From positions 58,156,001-58,220,000 of the forward strand of contig OX597817.1 of the NCBI GenBank assembly GCA_951406725.2: a stretch of 64,000 nucleotides of DNA, written 5' to 3'. This document shows positions 38,629-51,577 of this stretch, piece by piece (positions within the stretch are counted from its first letter, which is position 1; every line of letters starts with the position of its first letter). Both the position numbers and the translations under genes were made by a program. Source of the DNA: Octopus vulgaris. Its lineage: Eukaryota. The notes under the pieces were generated by a model that was given only the letters and a program-made list of their open reading frames with translations, was not told where the DNA came from and did no database searches.

Positions 38629-38992
38629 TAGTGGCGGACTGGGTCTAAAAATATTGGTTGCCAGGAGACTAAGGGGGCCTACCCGCAACTACAAAGGGGT
38701 CCACCTGCAACTATCGGGGAGGGGGGGCACCTGCAACTACAAGGAGGGCCCACCCACAACTACAATGCTATCATGTAATTCTTATTTTGTTAAAAGTATT
38801 CTTTTCAACTGTGTACAAACACAACTAGGCTACAATAATTAATGCATTCTTCCAGAAGTGGATAGAAAATTCTGAAACTTGAGGGGATGGGCCCCTTAGA
38901 CACTAACATGCCCCCACCCCATATATGGATTCTAATGGCGCAGAGGTCCACTTGCCATTGGACAAGCTGACAACCTGGCCATTCCACCACTG
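38629..38992. mobile_element. hAT-type MITE
   Basis: TIRs (T)AGTGGCGGACTGG / CCATTCCACCACTG; internal short repeats CTGCAACTAC. Confidence 0.65.
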
Positions 38993-39139
38993 AGTATACA
39001 CACACACACACACACATATATATATAATAATTATTTGAGGGAATATTATTCCTAACTTACAGGAAAAAATTCAATTTAGAAATAGTAAATCAAATTTCAC
39101 AAAATATAATATATATGTATATAAATTAGAAAAAACCCA

Positions 39140-39191
39140 AATATATACGTTTTTACTATTATTTTGCAATTTACTTAATCATCAGTATATT
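39140..39191 (-). ncRNA. Degenerate minimal hammerhead
   Basis: AATATA CTGATGA ... AAAAC GTA TATATT: perfect 6-bp stem I, but G12 changed to A and stem II decayed. Confidence 0.4.
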
Positions 39192-39268
39192 ATTGTTTTT
39201 TAATTTTAATATTTCTATTATATGTAATTTTCTAGATGGTATAATTTAATTGTTCATTTTGAATTGGT

Positions 39269-39317
<49 letters not shown>

Positions 39318-40329
39318 ATGTATATATATACATGTATATATGTGTGTGTGTGTGTGTGTGTGAAGGTGTGTGGCTTAGTGCTTAGGGTATTCAGCTCGTG
39401 AATTTGTTGTGAGAACAAATTTTTGTTGTAGTGTGGATTCTGCTTTATGAACTTAAAGACCTGTACTATGACTAATTAAGACTGACACCCAATGATATTG
39501 CTAGTTTCTCGCAGAGGCTTCCACACAGTTTCTGCCTGCTAAATTTCATTCACATAGAGTCAGATGAACCTAAGTTATGGTACAAGACATTTACCTAAAG
39601 TGGTGAGCATTGAGATTGAACCCTAAATAGCATAGTTATGAAGCGAATTCGTTAACCGACCAGCCAGGCTTTATAGAAACAAAGAAAGACAGAAGGAAAA
39701 AAAAGTTTGCTAAGTTTGACGGAATTACTATCAAGTGTTGGGTAAGATGTGAAACGGGGCGGAAAAAATACTGCAGGAGAATATGGATCGATATTTGCCA
39801 GCACATCGGTTGTTACTATTACTGCTGCCGAAATCTCTCCCTCTCTTTCTCTCTCTCTCTTGTTCCCTTTTTTTCCTCTCTTTTTTTCTCCCTGTCTGTC
39901 GTCAGTCTGTCTGTCGTCAGTCTGTCTGTCTGTCAGTCTGTCTCTGTCTCTCTCTATCTATCTATCTATTTATCTATCTATCTATTTCTCTCGCTAATAT
40001 TGATTGAGTAATTGAACAGATCTGGCGATGTTGTGAAAGAAAAAGGATGAAGAAGAAGTATAAGAAGAAGAAGGAGGAGGAGAAGAAGAAGAAGTGGTGA
40101 TAAAAAGTAGATCTAATCTGGAAGAATGAGAAGAAAGAAAAACATAAAAGAACTGAAGGAAAGAAAAGAAATGAGAAAGAAGATGATCAGATCTATTTGT
40201 TTATTTATTTATTTACTTATTATTCTGTGATGTTCCAATATATTCTGTGAGAGTTTAAGATATATTGATTCAACGATTCTGGTGGACTAGTAGGTATTTA
40301 TGGAGTGAGGAACAGTTGTACAGCCTGCT

Positions 40330-40810
40330 ATTGGTCTGGCAATAATTTTGGAGTTGGTCTAGGAATGGCATGGTATTGATCTGGTGTTAGTCTGGTGATA
40401 ATCTGGCAGTTGGTTGAGCAGTGGTCTGGTATTCAACTGGAATCAGTCTGGTGTTCATCTGGAGGTAGTCTGGAACAATGTGCTGTTAGTTTAGTGATGA
40501 TCTGATGGAGCTGGTTTTGGTCGAATGTTGATCTGGAGTTGGTCTGATAGTGATCTGGTGTTGGTCAGGTGTTACTCTGTAGTTGATCTGGTGTTTGTCA
40601 GATATTAGTTAGAGGATAGTCTAGTTTTCGTGTGGAGTTTGTCTGATGTTGATCCGGAGTTGGTATGATGTTGGTCAAATATTGATCTAGCACTACTCTA
40701 AATCCAATGTTAGTCTGATGGCCATCTGCTGTTAGTATGGTTTTGATCTGGCATTAGTGTAGTAGTTGTCTGTAATTTGGGATTGGTCTGGTGTTGGTTT
40801 GTGATTGGTT
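40330..40810. repeat. Degenerate ~10-11-bp minisatellite (TGATCTGGTGTTGG-like)
   Basis: Recurrent TCTGG(T/A)GTT(G/A)G motifs. Confidence 0.7.
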
Positions 40811-40849
40811 GTTATTTTTATTTGTTTTCCAGTGATTTGAAAAGTGTAG

Positions 40850-41340
40850 AAAGGATTTCTTTTAGAGTTCCATGGAACCTCCAAAAATGATGCAAACGAA
40901 GTGGTTAATATTCTTGTTGAACAGTTGCAAGTTGATTGTGTTTTTACAAAATAAGGCAGTTTTCTTCTCAACGAATGACTCACATTTTGCTGATTCTTAA
41001 CAAAGCTAAAAGAAAAACTGACAGAACCATCCTTCAATGTTGTCATAGCACTACCTGTAAACGCAAGCAGATGACCCAGGTGAGTTCTTCAACTCTGAAA
41101 CTTTGTCATCAACAGTTTATGTCTGAAACGTAATATCTAACATTGATAGATTGCATCCAAACTCAGTACAAAGCCATACAATTCTCATAAAATCATCCAA
41201 AATGGGAGTAAAAAAATTGCTTTTGCTATTTTTCAAACATCTCTTTGGAAGATCTCAGCTCTCACAAAGATCTGGATGAATGCATAATATATCTCATCCA
41301 GAAAAGAGGAAACAGATCAGATAGTTTCGGATACTGTGCT
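40850..41340 (+). pseudogene. Highly decayed CR1/Jockey-like LINE fragment
   Basis: DFFRVPW..., IFQTSL..., IWMNA, LIQKRGNRSDSFGYC resemble FPW and WK.A.V.PI.KKG.RSDP.NYRPI. Confidence 0.45.
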
Positions 41341-41930
41341 GTGGGATTGAACCCGAAACCATGTAGCTGCAAAGCGAATTTCTTAACCACACAGCCACAT
41401 GTGTGCCTATGCTGTTTTTTTTTTTTTTTAATCCAGAATATACCTACAGCGCCATCAAATACAAATGGCAGGACAATTGTGTCTAACTCGTTTACCAGAC
41501 ATCACAAACAAAATAAGGGATACAAGAATATTGATTACAGTCCCTAGTATGCCCTGCACATATTGAATTTCACTAGTTATATGACCCCCTTTGTCTGAAT
41601 AATGTAGCAGTCAATTCGCAGGAAATGACATATGATTGGGGGAAGGGGTTGTGATTATTTTCAGCCAATTAGAATTGTTATTCAGAAAACATTAACAAAC
41701 AGACATTATTAAATAAACTTTACCAAACACATTTTATCCAGAGACAAGATTAAAAACATTTGTAGTGACCTTAATCTTATTAAATATGACGATTTGTATG
41801 GCATCCTTTTTCAATATTCACAGGCCAAATAAAATGATGGCTTTTCATTTGAGGGAAATTTGGCTGCTATTTCTAGAAGGTCAAGCGACTGCGTAGAAAG
41901 CCTTCTTATTTATAAGTAAATTAATTTAAG

Positions 41931-43129
41931 GGCTTAACTATACAAGTGATTCTCTCTCCCTACCACCAACTTTGTTTCCTCAACTTTCTGAAAAATGGAT
42001 ATTTTAAATTTGATTTTCCACAAATTCATTTCAGTTGGCATAGATCACAATTAAATTGGAATTTGATGTAAAAAAAACAAAAACAAAAAACACAATATAA
42101 AAACATTGATTAAGGTGGGTGATATTTCACGCGCCTTGACTTTGTTACCTCATACATTTTGATGATGTTAAAAACAGTTGTGTTGAAAAAAAAAAAAAAA
42201 CTTTTGAGATAATTCTACCCCTCACTTTTGAAATTTGTTAAATGAATGTTTTTTAATAAAACGAAATTTTCCAAACATACCAGTATAATTAGAAGAAAAA
42301 AGTTATTTGAGGTGAATTTGTCTTGTATGGATGATTTGGTATGCTATAGGCCTGGAAATTTTTATTCGAAAAAATAATCCTTTTACAACATAATTGCAAT
42401 CAGCATCATCAAATTGTATGAGGAAACAAAGTCAAAATGTGTGACATACCCACACCCTCCCCAATTATTTTAAAATTAAATTCTGATATAATCGTAATCT
42501 AAACTACCTGAAAGTAATTTTCAGAAAATTTTATCTAAAAATACCCATTTTTCTGAAAGTTATGAGGAAACAAACTCCGGGAGTACGAATTATCTGAAAC
42601 TCTTCTGGTTCACCTCCAAAAAAAGACAAAAGAAAGAATTTCCCAGACAAATTCCAATAGAATCAGAATCTACGATATCTACAAGGTATTAGTTGAAAAT
42701 TTTATTCAAAAATACCCATTTTTCTGAAGGTTATGAGGAAACAAAGTCCAGGAGTACGAATTATCTGAAACTCTTCTGGTTCACCTCAAAAAAAAAAAAA
42801 AAAGACGAAAGAAAGAAATTCCCAGACAAATTCCAATAGAATCAGAATCTACGATATCTACAAGGTATTAGTTGAACATTTCATTCAAAAATACCCATTT
42901 TTCTGAAAGTTATGAGGAAACACAGTCCAGGAGTACGAATTATCTGAAACTCTTCTGGTTCATCTCCAAAAAAAGACAAAAGAAAGAATTTCCCAGACAA
43001 ATTCCAATAGAATCAGAATCTACGATATCTAAAAGGTATTAGTTGAAAATTTCATTTAAAAATATACATTTTTCTGAAAGTTATGAAGAAACAAATTGGA
43101 GAGGTGGGTCCCACTTGTGTAGGTATGCC
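41931..43129. mobile_element. TIR element carrying a ~172-179-bp tandem array (42524-43095, ~3.3 copies)
   Basis: Ends GGCTTAACTATACAAGTG / CACTTGTGTAGGTATGCC; subterminal TTTCCTCAACTTTCTGAAAAATGG mirrored; units begin near 42524, 42695, 42874 and 43045. Confidence 0.75.
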
Positions 43130-43565
43130 AGTTTGATGTAGCTAAAGAATAATTCGGGACCTCAACGTTAATATTCGCTCAGTCTCTAACTTGCGCAGCT
43201 GAATGTCAGCCTATAATAAAAATCTATATTTTTAAATAGCAACACTCAGCTAAATATTGACTTCACAGTCATGTCTGATGCTAAATTAAGAACTGCAACT
43301 GGTATTGCATACATGTGGCGGCTAGTCGATGTTGGATGAACGGATGGAGGTGGGTGGATGGATGGACGGATGGAGGTGGGTGTTTTGTTTTTATATATTC
43401 ATTCGGGGTGTTTGTTTGTAACTTGTGTAATAATAACGTCAGTTTGGGTTGTCTGGGCGACAGAGCAATGCATTAAGTCAGTTAGGTTAAACAATACGGG
43501 GGATACATACGTTTTATATATGTATATATATATATATGTATATATGTATATGTATGTATATGTGA

Positions 43566-43596
<31 letters not shown>

Positions 43597-43728
43597 CGCG
43601 CGTATATGGTATATATATATATATATATATATTATTTAATTGAACGTTACACATCCATTTCCAAGAATACACACACACACACACACATGGAGAGGGAGAG
43701 AGAGAGAGGGAGCGAGACGGAGAGATAG

Positions 43729-43797
<69 letters not shown>

Positions 43798-44404
43798 TTC
43801 TTTTGTTCTTTTGCATGTTTCATTACTTGAGCTACGGCCATATTAGGGCATCACGTAAAAAGGGTTTAGTCGATTAAATCGACCAGAACAACAACAACAA
43901 ATGCAACACTGTATTGTCATTATTGTTATTGCGGTTGTCGTTTTTGTGGTTGCTACTGTGGTGGTGGTGGTGGTGATGGTAGTGGTGGTGGTGGTGATGG
44001 TAGTGGTGGTGGTGGTGGTGGTGGCTGTCGTCGTCGTTGTTTAACTTCAAGTCAACGTTGATTAAACAAAACTCTGATCAAGAGGCATTCCAACAATAGC
44101 CACCCCGCTTCTTTTCTTTTTTTTTATGAGTATAAGGACTACATTATTTGACAATCCTTCGATATTGGTATACGACGTCATTCACCCACACACCCTTCCC
44201 TCGTGACAGATAAAGAGGCTAAAAATGAGAGTGAACGATGTCGTCACCTCATACCGACATTCTGTAGACTAATACCGAAAGTATACCCATTATTAATGTA
44301 TTTCTTCTTGAAGACGATCGACTTTGATTTGAGGGAGCTTTGACATCCATTTCTACCCTGTTACGCAACTACGAAGGAGGCTCTTCTGTTGACGCGGCCA
44401 TCTT

Positions 44405-44824
44405 ATATTTATTTCTTTATTGTCCACCAGGAGCTAAACATAGAGGGGACAAACAAGGACAGACAAAGGGATAAAGTAGATTACATCGACTCCAGTGCGT
44501 AACTGGTACTTACTTAATCGACCCCGAAAGGATGAAAGGCAAAGTCGACGTCGGCGGAATTTGAACCCAGAACGTAATGGTAGACGAAATACCTATTTCT
44601 TCATTGCCCACAAGGGGCTAAACACAGAGGGGACAAACAAGGACAGACAAACGAATTAAGTCGATTATATCGACCCCTGTGCGTAACTGGTACTTATTTA
44701 ATCGACCCCGAAAGGATGAAAGGCAAAGTTGACCTCGGCGGAATTTGAACTCGGAACGTAGCGGCAGACGAAATACCGATAAGTATTTCGCCCGGGGTAC
44801 TAACGATTCTGCCAGCTCGCCGCC
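44405..44824 (-). mobile_element. SINE family A, tandem (head plus two bodies)
   Basis: Two ~180-bp copies of the B-box/core/tail joined at AGACGAAATACC|TATTTCTT. Confidence 0.88.
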
Positions 44825-45992
44825 TTATATTTGGCAATACCTGTTCAGGCCTGCCATCCCTGTAAATTTATTTCCTCATATTTGGCAATACCTATTCAAG
44901 CCTGCCGTCCCCGCAAATTTAGTTCCTCATAACTTATAGAAAAATGGATATTTTGTAATTAAATTTACCCCAAATCCGGAATTTAATGAGAAAAATTAAA
45001 AAAGTTGGTGGGCGCGCGCACCTGACTCGCATCGCATAATATTTTCAAAATTCCGAGTTTCGTTTTGTAGATATACAGGGAAAGGGTGGAGGGCAAAATA
45101 AGGAATGGGGTAAAATGAGTAATTTCTGATTTCCTTTTATTTTGCTTCCTGTTTGAAACCATTTCGTTGCAAGTATTGCATCATCATTTTGTACTGTGGC
45201 ATCATCTTCGAGAGTAAAATTCGGTCAGTATAGTTGTTGTTGTTGAAGTTGAGAGAGTTCGAAACGTAGTCAGGTGACAGGTTCTCTTTTTTTTCAAGAA
45301 ATGTTTCTTCAAATTTGACTTGATTGTAATTGAGCTTGCTAATGAGATATTTAGATAATTTGTGGTGTTTAACAATCAATATTCTTTTCTCTATTGGGTT
45401 TTAAATCAATTTTTTCCCCAAACTTATATCTAATTTAAAATTTTCAATTTTCAAAAAAACAAAGTCTAAACTGGGGCAAAATGAGTAATGACTAATTCCA
45501 ATAATTTCTTTCTCTTTACTGCATGATGTGTAAATACATCAGAAAAAAATCACTCCAGCAAGTCATGAAGAAGATAAAGAAAATATTTTATGCCAAGTTT
45601 CATTAATTTCATATCTTGTGCCATTTTTCCACAACCCTCTCTCAATTGACTGAAATACTTTTAATTTTTCTGGTTTTCAGCTATGTTTCAAACCCTCTCA
45701 ACTCCAACTTCCCCATTATTTCACACCCCTCAATATGTTTAGGAATCATTACTATTTCATTTGATGTGGGATGGAGAAGAATGGATTTGCAGAGTCATTA
45801 GAGAATCAGAGAAAATTCCTTGCCATGTTTGTTCCAGCTCTTCATGTTCTCATTTCAAATTCCACTAAGGTTCAAGTTTGCTTTTCATCTCTCCATAATC
45901 ATCATCAACGCCCGGGACATTATTACCTTGAATGCTAAGGAGTCATGGCACTAGTTACACAATTTCCATGGCATATAAACGATCATTCCCCT

Positions 45993-46218
45993 TATATTTA
46001 TTTCTTTATTGCCCACAGGGGGCTAACCACAGAGGGACAAACAAGGACAGACAAAGGGATTAAGTCAATTACATCGATCCCAGTGCATAACTGGTACTTA
46101 TTTCATCAACCCTGAAAAGAAGAAAAGCAAAGTCAATCTCAATGGAATTTGAACTCAGAATGTAACGGCAGACAAAACGCTGCCAAGCATTTCGCCTGGT
46201 GTGCTAACAATTCTGCCA
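45993..46218 (-). mobile_element. SINE family A
   Basis: Same core and tail as 1491-1732. Confidence 0.82.
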
Positions 46219-46443
46219 CATGATTACTCATTTACAGCTGAGTGGACTGGAGCAACACGAAATGAAGTGTTTTGCTCAAGAACATGAAACACTACCTGCT
46301 CCAGGAATTGAAACTATGATCACTGGGTCACATGGTCTCTTATGCTAGATGTTTTAATAGTATTTCTGATTTTTCTGTGCTACAAGAGGAATGTCAAGCA
46401 AGTTTAAATAGATGAAACATCCTTGAAAAGAATGAAATAAAAA

Positions 46444-46935
46444 TCATCATCATCATCATCATTTAACGTCCACTTTTCATGCTAGCATGGGTTGGACGAA
46501 TGACTGAGGGCTGGCTAACCAGATAGCTGCACCAGGCTTCAATCTTGATCAGAGTTTCTACAGCTGGATGCCCTTCCTAATGCCAACCACTCCGAGAGTG
46601 TAGTGGGTGCTTTTACGTGCTACCGGCACGAGTGCCAGTCTGGCAGTACTGGCAACGACCTCGCTCGAATCTTTTACGCATGCCACTGGCACAGGAGCCA
46701 GTAAGGCGATGCTGGTAACGATCACACTCGGATGGTGCCTTTTATGTGCCACCAGCACGGAGGCCAGATAGCTGCTCTGGCAACGATCATGCTCGGATGG
46801 TGCTCTTAACACCCTACTAACACGGGGCTTGAGTGCCAGTAAGGCGACGCTGGTAACGATCATGCTCGAATGGTGCCTTTTAAGTGCCACTGGCACGGAA
46901 GCCAGTTAGCCGCTCTGTCAGTGATCACACTCGTC
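46444..46935 (-). mobile_element. RTE 3' UTR with five internal ~65-bp modules
   Basis: (CAT)n tail; repeated TTTTAYGTGCCACYGGCAC modules. Confidence 0.82.
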
Positions 46936-47039
46936 CAAAAATAAAGGTCCAAATGTTTCCCTAATATAACAGTGTCCCGAAGAACCATTCTGTTGCCATA
47001 CTGTATATTCCTTAAATGAAAGGAAACCACAAATGTCAG

Positions 47040-47200
47040 TGCTCTGCAACTCCAACCAGTTTGACATAATCAAGCGTTTGGCTACTGACACAAGAAAATC
47101 AATATTGAATGAAATCAAAACAGCAACAATGCATTCATTTCCTCAGGATGAAACTACGGATGTTTCCCACACTGAACAAACTTCGTTGTGCATAGACCAC
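47040..47200 (+). pseudogene. hAT (ZMYM1/TTF-like) transposase fragment
   Basis: NQFDIIKRLATDTRKSILNEIKTA..HSF.QDETTDVSHTEQTSLC matches the DETTDVS..EQ motif around the first catalytic Asp. Confidence 0.75.
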
Positions 47201-47584
47201 ATGTCTGGATGGTCCATTGAAGTGTACGATAGAGAGCAGCAATGGTGGTCAAATTCATTTAGCTTGCAGTTTCAGATGGAAGCATAAATTATTTCTTGTA
47301 AGTTAGATTGGGACAATTATTTTTCAAACATCCTTATTCATAATGTAGGGTCAAAGTAACTGGATATATCTTATAATAACTTCTTTTAACAGGTGTTACT
47401 GTGTAAGCAAAAGCATGGCTGTGTGGTTAAGAAGGTTGCTTTGCAACCATGTGGTTTTGGGTTCAGTCCCACTGTCCAGCAACCTTTCAATATCATTTAT
47501 ACCTATAGAATCCACCAGTTTGATTTGTCAAAACTGGGGTTAAAGAAAGCACTAGTCTGGCTCCAATTCTGAACACACTAGCAA

Positions 47585-47812
47585 TACAGGGTGGCCTAAA
47601 AGTAGGTTTCCAGTTATCATGTAGGCACTTCAAATTTCTTTTAAAACATTTTATTACAGTAAAATTTCTGTCTTACAAACTGAAAAGGAAGCTTGACAAA
47701 ATTAACTAAATTAGAATAGAATAATGGTTTCATATTTTTTTTTAACTAAGATCTAAATTGTTAATATATGAATGTAAAAGAGATAATTGAATAACTGTAA
47801 ACCTACTTTTTT
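47585..47812. mobile_element. Tc1-like MITE, right end truncated
   Basis: TACAGGGTGGCCTAAAAGTAGGTTTCCAGTTAT / ATAACTGTAAACCTACTTTT. Confidence 0.6.
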
Positions 47813-47828
47813 TCAAATTACTAAATAA

Positions 47829-47880
<52 letters not shown>

Positions 47881-48021
47881 ATTATTATTATTTTGTAATA
47901 AAACTCAGTCAGAAGCTGGACTATAAACACTGCTGCAGACTGTTCAATTTATTCTTCTGATGTAGAGTTTACAACTGATGAGAACTGAAAGGAATGACCT
48001 GGTCATTTTTGAAATGAAATG

Positions 48022-48352
48022 GCATCATCATCATCATCGTTTAACGTCCATTTACAATGCTAGCATGGGTTGGATGGTTCGACTGGGGTCTGGGAAGCCA
48101 GGAGGCTGCACCAGGCTCCAGTCTGATCTGGCAGTGTTTCTACGACTGGATGCCTTTCCTAACGCCAACCACTCCATGAGTGTAGTGGGTGCTTTTTATA
48201 TGCCACCGGCACAGGTGCCAGGGGAGGCTGGCAATGGCCACAATTGGTTGGTGCTTCTTACGTGCCACCAGCATGTAAGCCAGTCAAGGTTGCGCTGGCA
48301 TCGGCCACATACGGGTGGTGCTTTTTACGTGCCACCGGCACAGGTATCACAC
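48022..48352 (-). mobile_element. RTE 3' UTR fragment
   Basis: Near-identical to 11835-12165. Confidence 0.85.
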
Positions 48353-49297
48353 AGAAAACATGAAGGGGTCAGGACTATGACAGAGCTACTAAGATTGGAG
48401 GATCATAGAAGGGGCTTCAGACAAAGATTTTCCTCTGCAATGAAAAAGTTTTATAACTTCTCTGCCAAGCTTACTGTTTAGACCTTGTGTTTGTGGAAAG
48501 TGAATGACCAAATTACTATTTTGCTCCCTTCTTTAATATAGCAGGAAAAAAAACTGAGTTTCTTTCAATGGTAAGGAAATGGTATGCTTCATTCCCACAT
48601 CTCCAACTGTTCATCTCTTCTGAGTCTCAGGTTCAAGAACTGAAAAAGATCTTTGGCAGAAGATAGACCTGCAGGGAAGTCGCTTTGAGAATTTTAAACA
48701 AGGTGTTAACCAGTAACATAGCTAGGGGTGAGGGTTGGTCCATCCTGGTGAGCCTCTTATGGGAATGTCGCTTTTGGGCAAAGTTGACGTCAAAGGCATT
48801 TGAACTCAGAAGAAATGCCACTAAGCATTTTTCCCGGTGCAGCAACAATTCTGCTGGTTTGTCACTTTAAGATGCAAAACATATTGCTAGGATCAAGAGA
48901 AGAGAAGAAAATTCCTGGTCAGAACAGATTGGTTTAAGAACAACTTTTTGTCAGCAACAACAGATCCCCCTTTACAGAGTTTGCAGGAGGTCTATCTTGT
49001 GACAATATGTTACATATTTCTATTTCATCTGACTTTATGTTCTGTGTTCAAATTCCGCTGAAGTTGACTTTGCCTTTCATCCTTTTGGGGTTGATAAATT
49101 AAGTACCAGCTGCATACTGGGATCAATTTAATTGACTGGCCCCCTCCCCACAAATTTCAGGCTTTGTGCATCAAGTAGGAAAGAATATGTAACATATTTC
49201 AGATATTCTTGTTCAAGAAATTCAGAGAGGAATTAAAGGAAAGAATGAAGATAGGAAAAAATCAGAAAGTCATTGTTTAGCTTAACTGTTCCATTAA

Positions 49298-49329
<32 letters not shown>

Positions 49330-49745
49330 AATTATTGTATACAGTGCTCAGGTGCCCCACAACTTGTCAAAAGTGCGTATAAAGCATGTGCAGTAATGTA
49401 CAGATGTCTGGAAAGTGAACAGTGTATGAGTCAGATACATGCTTGTGTGTATATAGAGGGGAGAAAATCGGGTGTAGTGTTGGCAAATCTCAGGAAGCAT
49501 GGAAGTTTTGAAGGATGCAGTGCTCCGACAACTAACAACTGATGCCTGCAGTTTGTTCCATGCTTCAGCAACTCTTAGCGTGAAAATATGTTTCTGAAAG
49601 TCATGGGAGCTGTGCTGTTTTCTGACTTTGTAAACATGTCCACGGGTGTTAGACAGGTGGAGTTTGAAAAGGTGCACAGAGTTATTGTTTGTAAGATGGT
49701 TAATAATTTTATGGGTGTCTGCCAAGTCAGCTGCCAGACGTCAGC
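49298..49745 (-). mobile_element. CR1-clade LINE 3' end with (ATT)n tail
   Basis: NTRGHVYKVRKQ...KHIFTLRVAEAWNKLQASVV.C.S.ASFK matches the CR1 ORF2 C-terminal TRGH..K...F..RV...WN.LP motif. Confidence 0.88.
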
Positions 49746-50617
49746 TGCAAAATCTTAGCAACAAGTTCAAGTTCTAAATGCACTCTGCAAGTTTTATGCC
49801 TTTGCAGAAGAGAGAGGTGATAACTTTTGCCAGAATTGAGAGTATTTCCCTCAATCTAATCTCTGTCAAAACATTATGTGACCACCCGCCTCCCTCAGTA
49901 GTATGATAGGAAATAATACGAATCTTGTCTTTGCAATTACGTTTATTTAAAGTTATGCAACTTGTCCAGCAACAACTTAACTTTCCCAATTTCGCATTGG
50001 TTATATATATGAACAGCAGAATGTCTGTGAAGAAGAAAGACTCTCCAATTTCATGCTACTTAGCACCTAGAAAGTCATCTCTGATAATGAAGAAATAATT
50101 ATACAGAGGTGAATACTATTAAGATTTATTACAGCCTGCAGTTTATTGTTGATGAATATGAATACGTTTGCTTTTACGGTTTTCCAATAAAGGTCAACGT
50201 TTTCCCAATGCCATGACCATCATGTGACAACTCACATCATATTTCTTTAAATTCTTAATTTATAGTTTCATTTTTTCTTTTTCTTATTTTTCTCGAGACC
50301 TAGGACTGTCACAAGGCTGGTTACCCCGTTTCCATGGTGAAATCAAGATCACAACTCACCCCAACTGAACAGGATGCTGGTCATTTGCAGAATGCAAGGC
50401 CAGCAAAAAGTGAAGGGAGGGGGGGGGCATGTCAATTACGTTGACTGGTGTTTAACCTTATTGACTCCGAAAGAATGAAAGGGAAAGTTAACATCAGTGG
50501 GATTTGAACTCAGAATATAATACATTTTGTCAGATGCACAAATGTTTCTGACAACATGGTGCTTTTGTTTCCTAATATTCCACATAGGTGTGTGTGTGTG
50601 TATGTGTGTGTGTGTGT

Positions 50618-50770
50618 GGCATTAGGAAGGGCATCCAGCTGTAGAAACTTTGCCAGATAAGACCGGAGCCTGGTGCAGCCTCTGGCTTCCCAGATCCCCG
50701 GTCGAACCGTCCAACCCATGCTAGCATGGAGAACGGACGTTAAACGATGATGATGATGATGATGATGATG
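50618..50770 (+). mobile_element. RTE 3' UTR fragment
   Basis: GGCATTAGGAAGGGCATCCAGC...GGACGTTAAACGATGATG. Confidence 0.85.
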
Positions 50771-50986
50771 ATATATATATATATAAACATAATCAAATAG
50801 GGTAATAAAATAAATTATTATTACCAGTGGCCTAGCACAAAAGACGAATTAGTCATTAGACTATATATTTTTCATATAGAAATATAATAAAAGGCTTCCA
50901 AATAAGGAAGCGTAGTGCCAGAAACACAAAAAGGGATAAATTCATGAAAGGAATGAAAATTAAAAACATTTACCATCTCAGCTATA

Positions 50987-51062
50987 TCCCAGACCGAACG
51001 GTTTCTACCTATTTTTAGCAAACACACAGAATATATTTGCCAGGCCAGGTTCTTCAGTGGGA
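50987..51062 (-). ncRNA. Type I hammerhead ribozyme
   Basis: TCCCA CTGAAGA ACCT...TGGCAAATATA/TGTGTTTGCTA...AGGT A GAAAC CGTTCG GTC TGGGA; one extra A before GAAA. Confidence 0.68.
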
Positions 51063-51179
51063 AGCCTTCGTAATCCTAGACGCACAGACTGTTAGAAGCA
51101 CATGTAGATCTAACGGTTTGTATATCCTAACTTTTCAAACCTCTGCGCAGACACAAATCATACCTGGATTACGAAGGCT

Positions 51180-51255
51180 TCCCACTGAAGAACCTGGCCT
51201 GGCAAATATATTCTGTGTGTTTGCTAAAAATAGGTAGAAAACGTTCGGTCTGGGA
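51180..51255 (+). ncRNA. Type I hammerhead (mirror copy with stem III mutation)
   Basis: Same as above but GAAAA replaces GAAAC at 51241, breaking one stem III pair. Confidence 0.55.
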
Positions 51256-51346
51256 TATAGCTCAGATGGTAAATGTTTTTAATTTTCATGAATTTATCCC
51301 TTTTTGTGTTTCTAGCACTACTTTTCCTTATTTGGAAGTCTTTTAT

Positions 51347-51379
<33 letters not shown>

Positions 51380-51577
51380 ACATATATACACACATATATA
51401 TATATATATGATATGATTATAAACAGGGCAAATTTTAGCCATTTCTTCTCAGACTGAAGAAATGGTGAACAACCGTAATCAATTTTTGAACCTTATTGGG
51501 TTCTCATCAGAGGCATCTACAACATTCTGACTGTTTTCAGAGAAGCAATAGCCTAATTGTTTATATACTCAACAAAT

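Larger units (their letters stand above)
50882..51351. repeat. Long inverted repeat, ~190-bp near-perfect arms, ~90-bp spacer, within (TA)n
   Basis: 50882-51076 mirrors 51166-51351 with a few substitutions and one short indel. Confidence 0.95.

Noticed and set aside
45137-45379. 80-aa non-repetitive ORF
   Set aside because: No recognisable motif or clear splice context; flanked by repeated GGGG(T/C)AAAATGAGTAAT, suggesting transposon interior
47973-48000. CTGATGA GAACT GAAA hammerhead-like core
   Set aside because: No stem II, stem III or cleavage triplet
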